The notes: generated from the sequence alone by a model not told the origin. A stretch of 23,827 nt of DNA from Candidatus Hydrogenedentota bacterium (GCA_029974275.1 JARKSN010000304.1:1-23827); one strand, 5' to 3'; positions 8,150 through 17,594 are shown, counted from the stretch's first letter. Program-made: numbers and translations.

Positions 8150-9574
8150 ATGAGCGGGAAGACCTTTCAGTCGGCGGAGGTTCATGCACCTATGTTGTTG
8201 GCGTTGCTGGCGCGGCATCGATCCCGTAGTCTCTCGCGGAGACGTATCCTTCACAGTCTTCCCTTTACCCTTGCCGCTGTGTTCGTCTTTTCCCCTGCCA
8301 TTGACACTTTCTGTTTTGCTGAGTCCATGTCGTTTGACGAAGCAGTGAAATCAATGAAGGCGAAGAATGAAACGCTCATGGCGTCGCAGGACGATATTAA
8401 CCAGCGGCAGGCAGAGCAGAAAGCGGCGAAAGGGCTGCGAGGGCCGAAGGCGGAGCTGGACTTCAAATATACCTTCCTTGATGACCCTGTAAAAGTGAGC
8501 TTGGGTCCTCTCGAACTTGAGGTACAGAAAAAGAGTTATGCCAAGGGAAAGGTCACGGTCACGCAGCCAATTTACGCAGGAGGCAGAATAAGGGCGGCGA
8601 ACCGCGCGGCCTCGGCAGGGACCGCGGAAGCCGTAGCGCAAAAGGCGGTTACAGAAAACCAACTAGTCGCCGAGTTGGCGCGGCGGTATTACGGATTGTG
8701 CTTGGCGCGGTGCAACGAGGAGGTTCAGGCGCAAAAACTGGACACGATGAAGAAGCACACCTCGCGGGCGAAGCGGTTGATGGACGAGGGGATTGTCGCG
8801 CGGGTGGAGTACCTGAATGCGGATGTTGCACAGGCAAACGCGGAAACCGATTTGGCAGCCGCGAAGCGTGATATTTCGATCATTTCCGAAGGATTGTCAA
8901 ACATCCTGGTGTCGCCGGAACCAGTGGATCCGACCTCGTCGCTGTTCATGGCGGCGGCATTGGAGCCCTGCGAGACTTTCCAGTCTTACGTAGACGCCAA
9001 CCATCCGATCTTGAAGGTGCTGGCAGCGAAACATGATATGGCCCATCAGGGCGTAAAGGTCGAGGAGGCAGATCGAAAACCTACCGTCTATGCCTTTGGA
9101 ATACACGAGCTTGTAACCTCTGACTTGACCATGATGGACCCGAAGTGGGCCGTAGGCGTGGGAGTTCAGTACACCCTGTTTGACGGATTCCGAGCAAAAA
9201 ACAAGGCGACAGCGGCGAGATCCGTCGAAACAAAGGTTCAGCACCTGACACAGAAGGCCGCACGAGACCTGAAGAGCCTTGTGCTGAAGCGATATCAGGA
9301 GATGGAGAAAGCCCGCGAGCAGTTCGAATCGTATGATCGAACGCTGGAGTTGGCCAAGGAAAACCTGCGCGTGCGGGCGCACGCATTTGAGGAAGGTATG
9401 GCGACCTCGCTTGAGGTAATCGATGCAACACTATCTCTGTCACGGGCACAGTTGGGGCGGTTGAAGGCTGCCTTTGATTTTGACGACGCAATGTTTCAAC
9501 TGCTGGAGGCAAGCGGACAGACAGGATCGTATGCCGAATATTTAGCGAATACTACCGGGGTAGGAGAAGGATGA
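8150..9574 (+). CDS. TolC-family outer-membrane efflux protein
   Basis: VTQPIYAGGRI, ELARRYY, VQYTLFDGF, AFEEGMATSLEVIDA repeats. Start 8150 has AAGGAG upstream (the ORF track uses 8126). Confidence 0.93.
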   Translation: MSGKTFQSAEVHAPMLLALLARHRSRSLSRRRILHSLPFTLAAVFVFSPAIDTFCFAESMSFDEAVKSMKAKNETLMASQDDINQRQAEQKAAKGLRGPKAELDFKYTFLDDPVKVSLGPLELEVQKKSYAKGKVTVTQPIYAGGRIRAANRAASAGTAEAVAQKAVTENQLVAELARRYYGLCLARCNEEVQAQKLDTMKKHTSRAKRLMDEGIVARVEYLNADVAQANAETDLAAAKRDISIISEGLSNILVSPEPVDPTSSLFMAAALEPCETFQSYVDANHPILKVLAAKHDMAHQGVKVEEADRKPTVYAFGIHELVTSDLTMMDPKWAVGVGVQYTLFDGFRAKNKATAARSVETKVQHLTQKAARDLKSLVLKRYQEMEKAREQFESYDRTLELAKENLRVRAHAFEEGMATSLEVIDATLSLSRAQLGRLKAAFDFDDAMFQLLEASGQTGSYAEYLANTTGVGEG

Positions 9575-9613
9575 ATAGCAATTCGATTCTTCGACCGGTC
9601 TCCAAGTACGACC

Positions 9614-9772
9614 TGCTGCTCGTTGCGGAAAGAAATGCGAGAGGTTTTGAAACTCCTGGGAGTGGATGTTTTGTATGCCGGCCACTCCGTCAAGCACGCG
9701 GTGACGAGATATAGGGCCTCTCTTGAGAAACAAAAGAAATCGCAACCAAGGATTGCAATATAGGAATGGCAT
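9614..9772 (+). pseudogene. Degenerate paralogous copy of the C-terminal part of the STAS gene
   Basis: Translates as CCSLRKEMREVLKLLGVDVLYAGHSVKHAVTRYRASLEKQKKSQPRIAI*EWH vs CCSLREEMRAILKILGVDPRYVGHSVQHAVMRYATWLEKRKQITPKAAISKWH (7819 onward), 33/53 identical by hand count. The 5' half is missing and TAG at 9761 aligns with TCG. Confidence 0.85.
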
Positions 9773-9933
9773 TCCGATCCGTATGAGGAGCACTGCGATG
9801 AGTGGGGAGGTTTTGAGACCTGTGATACCGCGAACGAGCACAAGAAGGCCAAGCGAATCTTTTGCGGACTGTTCGGCGCGTTTTCCAACAACACGGACTA
9901 CCAGCGTCGAAGGGCTAATCGGAGACGACGAAT

Positions 9934-10887
9934 ATGCAGAGCCATACCTGCTATATAACCTATGAGAAACGCCTGGCCGAGCGAATCCAGATGTCTCTCC
10001 GGCGCGCGATCAACCGCAGTCTCTGGAAGGGAATTCTCTGGCGAACTGGGTTGGCCATCCTCGGTTTCATAGTAGCTGCTTCCTTCCTTCTTGAGTTCAT
10101 CAGGTCCCTTTTCCCACAGGTCAACGAGATGCCTTTCGTCATCCTTGTGACGGTTACCTTCTTGCTGTGTCCCATTGTTGTGATATCCGTCCGGCACGCG
10201 GTCACCTTGCTGGTCGACCTCCAAATGGTCCACGTGGAATTGATGGTCATCCTTGGAAATGTCATCGCAAAACGGGACCAGGACACCGGCGAACACAATT
10301 TCAGGGTCGCCATTATGGCGGTTCGCCTTGCTGAAAGGGCAAAAGCGCCCCCTCCGTTGATTATAGGTTTGTTCATGGGCGCGTTCTTACACGATATAGG
10401 CAAGATTGGCGTTCCCGACAAGATTCTGCTTAAGCCGGGTCGCCTCTCAAGTGCTGAACGCATCGAAATGGAAAAGCATGTCGAACACGGGACCGACATT
10501 GTAACCGACTCGATGTGGCTCCAGGAAGCCGTGCGCGTGATCCGTTTTCATCACGAGAAGTTCGACGGCTCTGGATATCCTTATGGCAAGAAGGCGGTGG
10601 AGATTCCCGTCGAAGCCCGAATCTTCTCGATAGTGGACGTATTCGACGCATTGACATCTTCGCGCCCTTACAAGGATGCGTTGCCTCTAGAAGAGGCGAT
10701 AGGGGTTTTGGAGAAAGGAAGAGGCAAGTTCTTCGATCCCGTGTTTCTTGACGCGTTCCTGTCGATTGCCGGCGATCTTTACGACCAGGTAGTCCAGTCG
10801 GATTTGGAACAGCAAAAAGAAATGGGCGTGGCAATCATCGAAAGGTATTCCGCGGCGACCGCGGGGGGAGCTTGTCCCAGATACTGA
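9934..10887 (+). CDS. HD-GYP domain protein (c-di-GMP phosphodiesterase) with two N-terminal TM helices
   Basis: DQDTGEHNFRV, LHDIGKIGVPDKILLKPGRL, HHEKFDGSGYP, DVFDALTSSRPYK. Confidence 0.92.
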   Translation: MQSHTCYITYEKRLAERIQMSLRRAINRSLWKGILWRTGLAILGFIVAASFLLEFIRSLFPQVNEMPFVILVTVTFLLCPIVVISVRHAVTLLVDLQMVHVELMVILGNVIAKRDQDTGEHNFRVAIMAVRLAERAKAPPPLIIGLFMGAFLHDIGKIGVPDKILLKPGRLSSAERIEMEKHVEHGTDIVTDSMWLQEAVRVIRFHHEKFDGSGYPYGKKAVEIPVEARIFSIVDVFDALTSSRPYKDALPLEEAIGVLEKGRGKFFDPVFLDAFLSIAGDLYDQVVQSDLEQQKEMGVAIIERYSAATAGGACPRY

Positions 10888-11006
10888 ACACCACCACCAG
10901 CCTCGCCTCGGGCGTCAAGTTCTGGTTTGGCGCGATGAAGGACTTCCAGTGCGACAACGTCGTCTTCCCGGACAGCGTCACCACCGCTGCCCCGGGCGTT
11001 CTCTGA
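10881..11006 (+). pseudogene. Possible orphan 3' end of a truncated gene
   Basis: Frame ILNTTTSLASGVKFWFGAMKDFQCDNVVFPDSVTTAAPGVL*; 35 of 38 codons from 10890 end in G/C; no convincing start. Confidence 0.45.
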
Positions 11007-11157
11007 TCCGATCGTCGATTGATTTTCTTCTGCATGTCTCAATTCGGTATGATTCCCCGCTTGGATTCTGGAAACGCAATGTGCATGAGACCAAGGACAA
11101 TCGAGGCTTTGACACAACGCGTAGGCCCGGCATGGACCGAGGCCAAGAGGAGGAAAT

Positions 11158-12351
11158 GTGATGTTCGAGAAACTGGATATGGCCCCGCCGGATGTGATTC
11201 TTGGGTTGACGGAGGCGTTCAAGAAAGACCCGAATCCAAACAAGATCAATCTGGGCGTCGGTGTGTACAAGGATAGCAATGGCGCAACGCCCGTGTTCCA
11301 GGCGGTCAAGGAGGCCGAGCGGCGTCTGATCGATGTGGAGAAGACCAAGACGTATCTCAGCATCGAGGGATCGCCGGAATACGCCGCGGCGGTGCAGGAG
11401 ATGCTTTTTGGGGCGGGCAACAGTCTTGTGACATCCGGTCTTGCCGCGACGGCGCACACCGCGGGCGGCACGGCGGCGCTGCGCGTGGCGGCGGATTTCA
11501 TCAAGACGAAGTGTCCCGGCGCAACGGTGTGGTTGAGCGATCCGACCTGGCCGAACCACCCGGCTATTTTTCGGGCGTCGGGTCTGAACATGGCGACGTA
11601 TCCGTATTATGACGCCGATGCGAAGGTTCTTGCCTTCGACAGGATGATCGAGGCGCTCGCGAAAATTCCAGCGGGCGATGTCGTCTTGCTGCATGCCTGC
11701 TGCCACAATCCCACCGGCATCGACCCGGACGCGGCGCAGTGGAAACAGATCGCCGGCGTCGCGAAGACGGCGGGTTGGTTGCCGTTGTTCGATTTCGCGT
11801 ATCAGGGCTTGGGCGATGGCTTTCGCGAAGACGCGCGCGGACTCGATTGCTTCGTGAACCTTGACGGCGAGATGTTGATCGCGTCGTCGTTCTCGAAGAA
11901 TTTCGGGCTGTACAACGAGCGCGTCGGCGCCTTGACGGCCGTCGGCGCGAGCGTCGAGGCTGTCGAAAAGGCGATGAGTCATATCAAGGTCTGCGTGCGC
12001 ACGCTCTACTCGAATCCGCCCGCGCATGGCGGCGCGATCGTCACGACCGTCCTTGGCGATGCAGCGTTGCGCGCGATGTGGGAGGCGGAAGTCACCGAGA
12101 TGCGCGATCGCATCAATGGCATGCGCACGCTATTCGTGGATACGTTGAAAGCGAAGGGCGTCACGCGGGACTTTTCGTTTCTCACGCGGCAGCGCGGCAT
12201 GTTTTCGTTCTCGGGCTTGACCAAGGACCAAGTGCTCAAGCTCCGGAAAGACAGCGCAATCTACATCGTCGACTCCGGCCGCATCAACGTCGCCGGCATG
12301 ACGGAGAACAATATGGAACCGCTCTGCAAGGCCATTGCGGCGGCACTGTAA
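11158..12351 (+). CDS. aspC: Aspartate/aromatic amino-acid aminotransferase (AspC/TyrB type)
   Basis: KINLGVGVYKD, HACCHNPTGID, DFAYQG, PLP-lysine motif SFSKNFGLYNERVG, SGRINVAG; GAGGAGG RBS (start GTG 11158 or ATG 11161). Confidence 0.95.
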   Translation: MMFEKLDMAPPDVILGLTEAFKKDPNPNKINLGVGVYKDSNGATPVFQAVKEAERRLIDVEKTKTYLSIEGSPEYAAAVQEMLFGAGNSLVTSGLAATAHTAGGTAALRVAADFIKTKCPGATVWLSDPTWPNHPAIFRASGLNMATYPYYDADAKVLAFDRMIEALAKIPAGDVVLLHACCHNPTGIDPDAAQWKQIAGVAKTAGWLPLFDFAYQGLGDGFREDARGLDCFVNLDGEMLIASSFSKNFGLYNERVGALTAVGASVEAVEKAMSHIKVCVRTLYSNPPAHGGAIVTTVLGDAALRAMWEAEVTEMRDRINGMRTLFVDTLKAKGVTRDFSFLTRQRGMFSFSGLTKDQVLKLRKDSAIYIVDSGRINVAGMTENNMEPLCKAIAAAL

Positions 12352-12359
12352 AGACATTG

Positions 12360-12388
12360 GGGGAACCTCTTCGAGAAAGAGGTTCCCC
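12360..12388. terminator. 12-bp perfect hairpin between convergent aspC and topA (probable bidirectional terminator or REP-like element)
   Basis: GGGGAACCTCTT-cgaga-AAGAGGTTCCCC. Confidence 0.7.
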
Positions 12389-12401
12389 GGTTCTTACTCA
12401 T

Positions 12402-14861
12402 TCATTCCGCAGCTTGTTCGTGAACGGCCCCGTCGTCCTCGTTCTGAGGTTCCGGCATATTTTCTTCGAAAGCGCAGGCGGGCGCGGGGCACCGGCGGAC
12501 GGTGGGTTTGTTGCGGCCCTTGACGATGGCGGTCCAGGGGTTGCCGCATTTGGCGCAGGCGGTTGCTTTGTCGATTTGGCCGAAAAAAGTCAGATCGCAT
12601 TCCGGATACTTCGAGCATCCGTAGAACCGGCGGCCCCGCGCGATGCGGGTGACGATGTCGCCATCGCAGCCGGACTTCGGGCATTTCAGTCCCAGTTCCA
12701 TGGGCTTGGTGAACTTGCACTTCGGGTATTTGCCGCAACCGTAGAATTCCTCCCCCGTCCGGCTTTTGCGGATGACCAACATCGCGCCGCATTTCGGGCA
12801 GGGGTGATCGGTCACGCGCGGCGGCTCTTTCTTGGGCCGTTCGGTGGGTTCGCCGTTTACGCCGATGTCGGCGGTGTTCTTGCACTTCGGGTAGTTCGAA
12901 CACGCCAGGAACTTGCCGAACCGTCCCTCGCGGATGACCATCTTCGCGCCGCACGCGGTGCAGTCATGGTCCGTGGGCACGGGTTGGGCCTTCTTGGATA
13001 CGCGGACCGTGCCGTCGCATTCGGGGTAACGGGAACAACCCAAGAACACGCCAAACCACCCCTCGCGAATTTCCATTTCGGCGCCGCACTTCGGGCACTT
13101 GACGTCTGTTCCTGCGATCTCTCCGACCAGTGCGTGTTGCGCGGTCAGCAAGTCCTTCGAGAAACGATCGTAAAACTCGCGCAGCAACGCGTGCCACTCG
13201 CGATTGCCTTCCTCGACGTGATCAAGGTCCGCCTCCATGTTCGACGTGAAGCCGATATCCAGGATGTCCGGGAAATGCCGCACGAGCAGCGCGTTCACTT
13301 GCTCGCCCAGTTCGGTCGGACCGAGGCGGCCTTTGTCCCATTGAACATAGCCGCGTTCTTGGATGGTGTTGATCGTCGGCGCGTAGGTGCTCGGACGTCC
13401 GATGCCATTTTCTTCGAGCGCACGGATGAGGCTGGCCTCGGTGTAGCGCGCGGGCGGCTTCGTGAAATGCTGTTCCGGCTTCAACGCTTGCAACGCCACG
13501 CTCTCGCCCGGGTTGATCTGGGGCAACATGTTGGCGTCTTCCTGATCCGGCGCATCTTCCTGCGTTTCCTGATACAGGATTGTGAAACCTGCAAATTTCT
13601 GGATCGAGCCCGTCGCACGGAACTCGCATTCCCGCACGGCGATGTCCACCGTGGTTTGGTCGTAGAGCGCCGGGGCCATCTGGCATGCCACAAACCGCTG
13701 CCAAATCAACGCATACACCTTGAGTTGATCCTCGGTCAGATACGACTTGACCGATTCCGGCGTGTGGTCAACGACAGTCGGACGAATGGCCTCGTGGGCG
13801 TCCTGCGCGTCCTTTTTGCTGCGATACACATTCGGCTGTTCGGGCAGCATGCGCGGCTCGAAGGTCTTGGCAATGTACCCGCGCACGTCCTGAAGCGCCT
13901 CTTGCGACAGCCGCGTCGAATCGGTTCGCATGTAGGTGATCAAGCCGACGCTGCCTTCTTCGCCCAAGGAAATGCCTTCATACAATTGTTGCGCGATCGA
14001 CATCGTCTTGCGCGGGCTCATGCGCAGCTTGCGGGAGGCCTCTTGTTGCAGGCTGCTGGTGATGAATGGCGGAAACGGTCGACGCTGGACTTCCTTGCGA
14101 TCGACCGACGACACCTGCCACGGCGCGCCTTCGATCGCGGCCAACAGCGCGTCGACCTCGGGTTTGGCGCTCAGGTGACCCTTATCGCCCACCCGGACGC
14201 TCTCGCCGCGAACCCGGTTTAATCGGGCGACAAAAGCGTCGCCCCGCACGGTGCGCAGGTCCGCATCGAGGCTCCAATATTCGACCGGGGTAAAGCGCCG
14301 GATTTCGTCCTCACGCTCGCATACCATGCGCACGGCCACGGACTGCACCCGCCCCGCGCTCAAGCCGCGGCGCACGGCCCACCCCAACACCGGGCTCATT
14401 TTGTACCCCACCAGCCGATCGAGGATGCGGCGGGCCTGCTGGGCGTCGACGAGATGCATGTCCAACTCGCGCGGGCGCTTGACGGCGTCCTGCACGCTGC
14501 GCCGGGTGATTTCGTTGAAGACAATCCGGCCGATCGGCTTGTCAAAACCTTTCGTAGTCCGCAGTATCTCCGCCACGTGCCAGCCGATGGCCTCGCCCTC
14601 GCGGTCCGGATCGGAGGCCAGCAAAACAGCGTCGACCTTTGCGACGGCGGCCTTTATCTCGGTCACGGCTTTTCGGGTGCGATCGTCGCGCAGGACGACG
14701 TATTTCGGCTCGAAATTGTTCTCGATATCGACGCTGAGGCCGGTTTTGGCCAAGTCGCGCACATGGCCGAAACTGGCCCGGACGACGTAATTGGCCCCAA
14801 GAAATTTGTGGATGGTCTTGGCCTTCGCCGGCGATTCCACGATGACGAGATACTTGGGCAT
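12402..14861 (-). CDS. topA: DNA topoisomerase I (type IA) with C-terminal zinc ribbons
   Basis: LVIVESPAKAKTI, ASDPDREGEAI (TOPRIM), SAGRVQS, catalytic LITYMRTDS, GIGRPSTY; five Cys4 repeats at the C-terminus. Confidence 0.98.
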   Translation of the reverse strand: MPKYLVIVESPAKAKTIHKFLGANYVVRASFGHVRDLAKTGLSVDIENNFEPKYVVLRDDRTRKAVTEIKAAVAKVDAVLLASDPDREGEAIGWHVAEILRTTKGFDKPIGRIVFNEITRRSVQDAVKRPRELDMHLVDAQQARRILDRLVGYKMSPVLGWAVRRGLSAGRVQSVAVRMVCEREDEIRRFTPVEYWSLDADLRTVRGDAFVARLNRVRGESVRVGDKGHLSAKPEVDALLAAIEGAPWQVSSVDRKEVQRRPFPPFITSSLQQEASRKLRMSPRKTMSIAQQLYEGISLGEEGSVGLITYMRTDSTRLSQEALQDVRGYIAKTFEPRMLPEQPNVYRSKKDAQDAHEAIRPTVVDHTPESVKSYLTEDQLKVYALIWQRFVACQMAPALYDQTTVDIAVRECEFRATGSIQKFAGFTILYQETQEDAPDQEDANMLPQINPGESVALQALKPEQHFTKPPARYTEASLIRALEENGIGRPSTYAPTINTIQERGYVQWDKGRLGPTELGEQVNALLVRHFPDILDIGFTSNMEADLDHVEEGNREWHALLREFYDRFSKDLLTAQHALVGEIAGTDVKCPKCGAEMEIREGWFGVFLGCSRYPECDGTVRVSKKAQPVPTDHDCTACGAKMVIREGRFGKFLACSNYPKCKNTADIGVNGEPTERPKKEPPRVTDHPCPKCGAMLVIRKSRTGEEFYGCGKYPKCKFTKPMELGLKCPKSGCDGDIVTRIARGRRFYGCSKYPECDLTFFGQIDKATACAKCGNPWTAIVKGRNKPTVRRCPAPACAFEENMPEPQNEDDGAVHEQAAE

Positions 14862-15009
14862 TCACAGACTCCTGCGGCCTTGACGGCCCTTCGCATTCGC
14901 TTCGGCCACTCTTGGCCAAAGCGTCGAAAACCTTAACACAAAACGCCGGAAAAGAGAACCGGGCCGTTTTCCAGGCGCCGCAGGTCTGCCGGCAACCGGC
15001 GTTTCTCCG

Positions 15010-15055
15010 AAACAAGAACAAAACGACGCCTCATTCCTGGCGCGGAATGGGCGTC
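15010..15055 (-). terminator. Rho-independent terminator downstream of smg
   Basis: Minus strand GACGCCCATTCC-gcgcca-GGAATG(A)GGCGTC followed by GTTTTGTTCTTGTTT. Confidence 0.6.
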
Positions 15056-15097
15056 TTCCCGATCGTCGTCGCTGATAACCCGCTGCATCCCAACGAG

Positions 15098-15556
15098 TTA
15101 ATGAAAAGTCCCCGGCTGCCCTTCAAAAACGCCGTAGATGGTCTGCTGCGATTCGACGTCGCGCCCGCTCAGGACCAACCACGTCAGCAAATAGTCGAGA
15201 GCATCCAAATCCACTTCGCCTTCAAAAGTGCCCAAACGTTCGAGAATCATCTCGCGCTCATAGGGATCAATGAGGCCGTAATATTCCAAACGCTCGAGGG
15301 CCTGCCGCGCTTCCGGCGTGAGTTTTTGCGATTCCTGATGAGAAAGCACGCGCACGTTCATCGGGCGATGTTCGATCATCGTCACGTACGGCGTGAAGCG
15401 TGGCCGGACAAGTTTGAGCGCGGCCTCGATGTCCCGCTTGTTATATCCTTGCCGCTGCAGCCACGTCCGGACGCCGTGCTCGGTCTGGATCGATTCAGGA
15501 TGGTCATCCAAATGTTTCAGAATAACGCCGACCAACTTATTGAGGGTTTGTTTCAT
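15098..15556 (-). CDS. smg: Smg/DUF494 family protein
   Basis: LQRQGYNKRDIEAAL, RVLSHQESQKLTPEARQALERLEYYGLIDPYEREMILER; upstream of topA as is typical; start at MKQT (15556). Confidence 0.85.
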   Translation of the reverse strand: MKQTLNKLVGVILKHLDDHPESIQTEHGVRTWLQRQGYNKRDIEAALKLVRPRFTPYVTMIEHRPMNVRVLSHQESQKLTPEARQALERLEYYGLIDPYEREMILERLGTFEGEVDLDALDYLLTWLVLSGRDVESQQTIYGVFEGQPGTFH

Positions 15557-15604
15557 TGCAGCTCCACGCCCTTCCGCCGCGGAAGAGCCCATTCACCTGC
15601 CCTC

Positions 15605-15633
15605 ATTGTAGGGGCGGCGGGCGAAGTTGTCAA
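15605..15633 (-). promoter_or_regulatory. Sigma-70 promoter for smg
   Basis: TTGACA-N17-TACAAT. Confidence 0.8.
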
Positions 15634-15760
15634 ACCCATTGCGGGAATGCTCGCCCAGCGGAGGATTCTGCCTGGGCGACGGGGAGGTTGCAATCCTTGA
15701 CCCAAAATGCTTGAATTGCGCGTTGTTTCGGGCGCATTTTCTCACATAAGGAGCGGATCC

Positions 15761-16774
15761 ATGCGTTTACGCGTCGCTGTCGTGGGGCTGGGGGGCATTG
15801 GAAACCTGCACGCCCAGTGCTACACGAACCATCCGAACAGTCACGTCGTCGCGGTCTGCGACATCATTCCGGAACGTGCCGATCGCGCCGCGCAAGCGTA
15901 CGGGTGTCCGGCGTTCTACAGCGTGAAGGACCTGCTGAAGAGCGGCATCAAGATTGACTGCGCCAGCATGTGCACGGCGGGCAAAGAGAACGGCGGCGAC
16001 CATTACACGCCGACGATGGAGCTGTTGCGGGCGGGGATACCGGTGTTGGGCGAAAAGCCGATCTCGAACGAGGTCGCAAAAGCCAAGGAAATGGTCGCGC
16101 TTGCCAAGAGGAAGAAGCTGCGGTACGGCATCAACCTGAACCATCGGTTCACCCCGGCGGCCCGGAAAGCCAAAGACTGGATCGAACAGGGGCGCCTCGG
16201 GCGTCTGCACATGATCAACATGCGCATGTGGATCAACAACCCCAACGAAACCGCGCCGCATTTCCACATCCGCGCGTTGCACCCGCACTCGATCGACGTG
16301 ATGCGCTATTTCTGCGGCGACGTGACGCACGTGCATGCCTTCTTCTCGCACGGGCAGACCCCGGACGGCAAGGCGCGCAAGTGCTGGTCGAACCTCCAAG
16401 TCAACATGATGTTCAAGAACGGCGTCCTCGGGCACCTGTGCGGCAGCTACGACGCGGGCGGCGGGTTTGGCTTGGAATCGTGCGAGGTGACGGGGAGTCT
16501 CGGGCGTTTCGTGCTGCTCGACGCCTGCGAACATCTCACGTTCACCCGGCGCGATTCGCCGGAATCGGAATCCCATCACTTTCTCGGCGGCATGACGGGC
16601 TTCGGCGAAACGTTTCCCAGCCGCATCGGAGCATGGATCGATCAGAACCTCAAGAAGGCCGCGCCCGCGCAAATCGATGGATCCGGCGAAGAGGCCCTGC
16701 GCGCGCAAATGATCATCGAGGCCGCGATCGCGTCGTGGGAAACCAAGAGCGTCGTGGAAGTGAAATACAAATAA
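15761..16774 (+). CDS. Gfo/Idh/MocA family NAD(P)-dependent oxidoreductase
   Basis: VAVVGLGGIG Rossmann motif, VLGEKPI, NHRFTP, HPHSID; AGGAG RBS before ATG 15761. Confidence 0.93.
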   Translation: MRLRVAVVGLGGIGNLHAQCYTNHPNSHVVAVCDIIPERADRAAQAYGCPAFYSVKDLLKSGIKIDCASMCTAGKENGGDHYTPTMELLRAGIPVLGEKPISNEVAKAKEMVALAKRKKLRYGINLNHRFTPAARKAKDWIEQGRLGRLHMINMRMWINNPNETAPHFHIRALHPHSIDVMRYFCGDVTHVHAFFSHGQTPDGKARKCWSNLQVNMMFKNGVLGHLCGSYDAGGGFGLESCEVTGSLGRFVLLDACEHLTFTRRDSPESESHHFLGGMTGFGETFPSRIGAWIDQNLKKAAPAQIDGSGEEALRAQMIIEAAIASWETKSVVEVKYK

Positions 16775-16793
16775 CGGTCATCGAGGGGGAAAC

Positions 16794-17594
16794 ATGATTC
16801 AACTCGGCGTGAACACGGTTCTTTTCGGAAACCAGGACCTGCGCACGGCCCTGCAGCACATCAAGTGGTCCGGCTATGACGCGGCGGAAATCTCCGCGTT
16901 GCAGGGCATGTGCGAGCATCTCTGCCTCGATTCGTGGCGCAAGGACGCCGCCGATATCAAGGCCGTCTCGGAAGATCTGCAACTGCCGCTGACGGCGATG
17001 GAAGAGGCGGCGCTCGACGAGGACCGGTTGATGAAGGCCTTCGAGGCGGGCGCGGAGATCGGCATCCCGATCGTGAATATCGGACCCGGCGGAGCCAAGG
17101 ACAGCGCAGAGGACCTCGCCAAGTCTATCGACATGATGGCGAAGATGGCGCAAAAAGCCGAGCCTTTTGGCGTGATGTTGTGCGTGAAAGCGCACGTGGG
17201 CAGCGCGATTTGGGATACGCCGACGACGCTCAAGGCGATGGCGGAAATCGACTCCCCTGCATTCGGCATCGATATGGACCCGAGCCACATTCATCGCGCC
17301 GGGGAAGTTCCAAAAGAAGCGTTGAAGGCGGTGGCGTCGCGCGTGCGGCATGTCCACATCCGCGACTGCCAAGGGCCCGGGCCAAGCCCCGGCGCTCCCG
17401 AACTGCAAGCGTGCGGGCGCGGCGAAATCGACTTGATGGGATACTGCCGCGTATTGGCGGATGCGGGATACGACGGCCCGGTGAATCTCGAAGTCATCGG
17501 CGCGGGCGAGTATTCGCTGCCGCGTTGCGCGATGATCGCCGCAGAGTCGTACGGGTATTTGAATGCGTGCTTCAAGGCGTGCGGTGCGCGGTAG
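16794..17594 (+). CDS. Sugar-phosphate isomerase/epimerase (xylose-isomerase-like TIM barrel)
   Basis: GYDAAEI, GIDMDPSH, HVHIRD, GYDGPVNLE. Confidence 0.88.
   Translation: MIQLGVNTVLFGNQDLRTALQHIKWSGYDAAEISALQGMCEHLCLDSWRKDAADIKAVSEDLQLPLTAMEEAALDEDRLMKAFEAGAEIGIPIVNIGPGGAKDSAEDLAKSIDMMAKMAQKAEPFGVMLCVKAHVGSAIWDTPTTLKAMAEIDSPAFGIDMDPSHIHRAGEVPKEALKAVASRVRHVHIRDCQGPGPSPGAPELQACGRGEIDLMGYCRVLADAGYDGPVNLEVIGAGEYSLPRCAMIAAESYGYLNACFKACGAR

Noticed and set aside
8210..8260. SRRRIL twin-arginine-like motif in the TolC N-terminus
   Set aside because: Imperfect Tat consensus; TolC proteins are normally Sec-exported; start site uncertain.
9761..9763. In-frame TAG as possible recoded stop
   Set aside because: The copy also lacks its 5' half and no recoding machinery is visible; nonsense mutation is simpler.
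12078..14222. 714-aa plus-strand ORF
   Set aside because: Antisense shadow of topA; no motifs; expected in high-GC DNA.
14912..15700. 262-aa plus-strand ORF
   Set aside because: Antisense to smg and spans its promoter and terminator; no recognisable domain.
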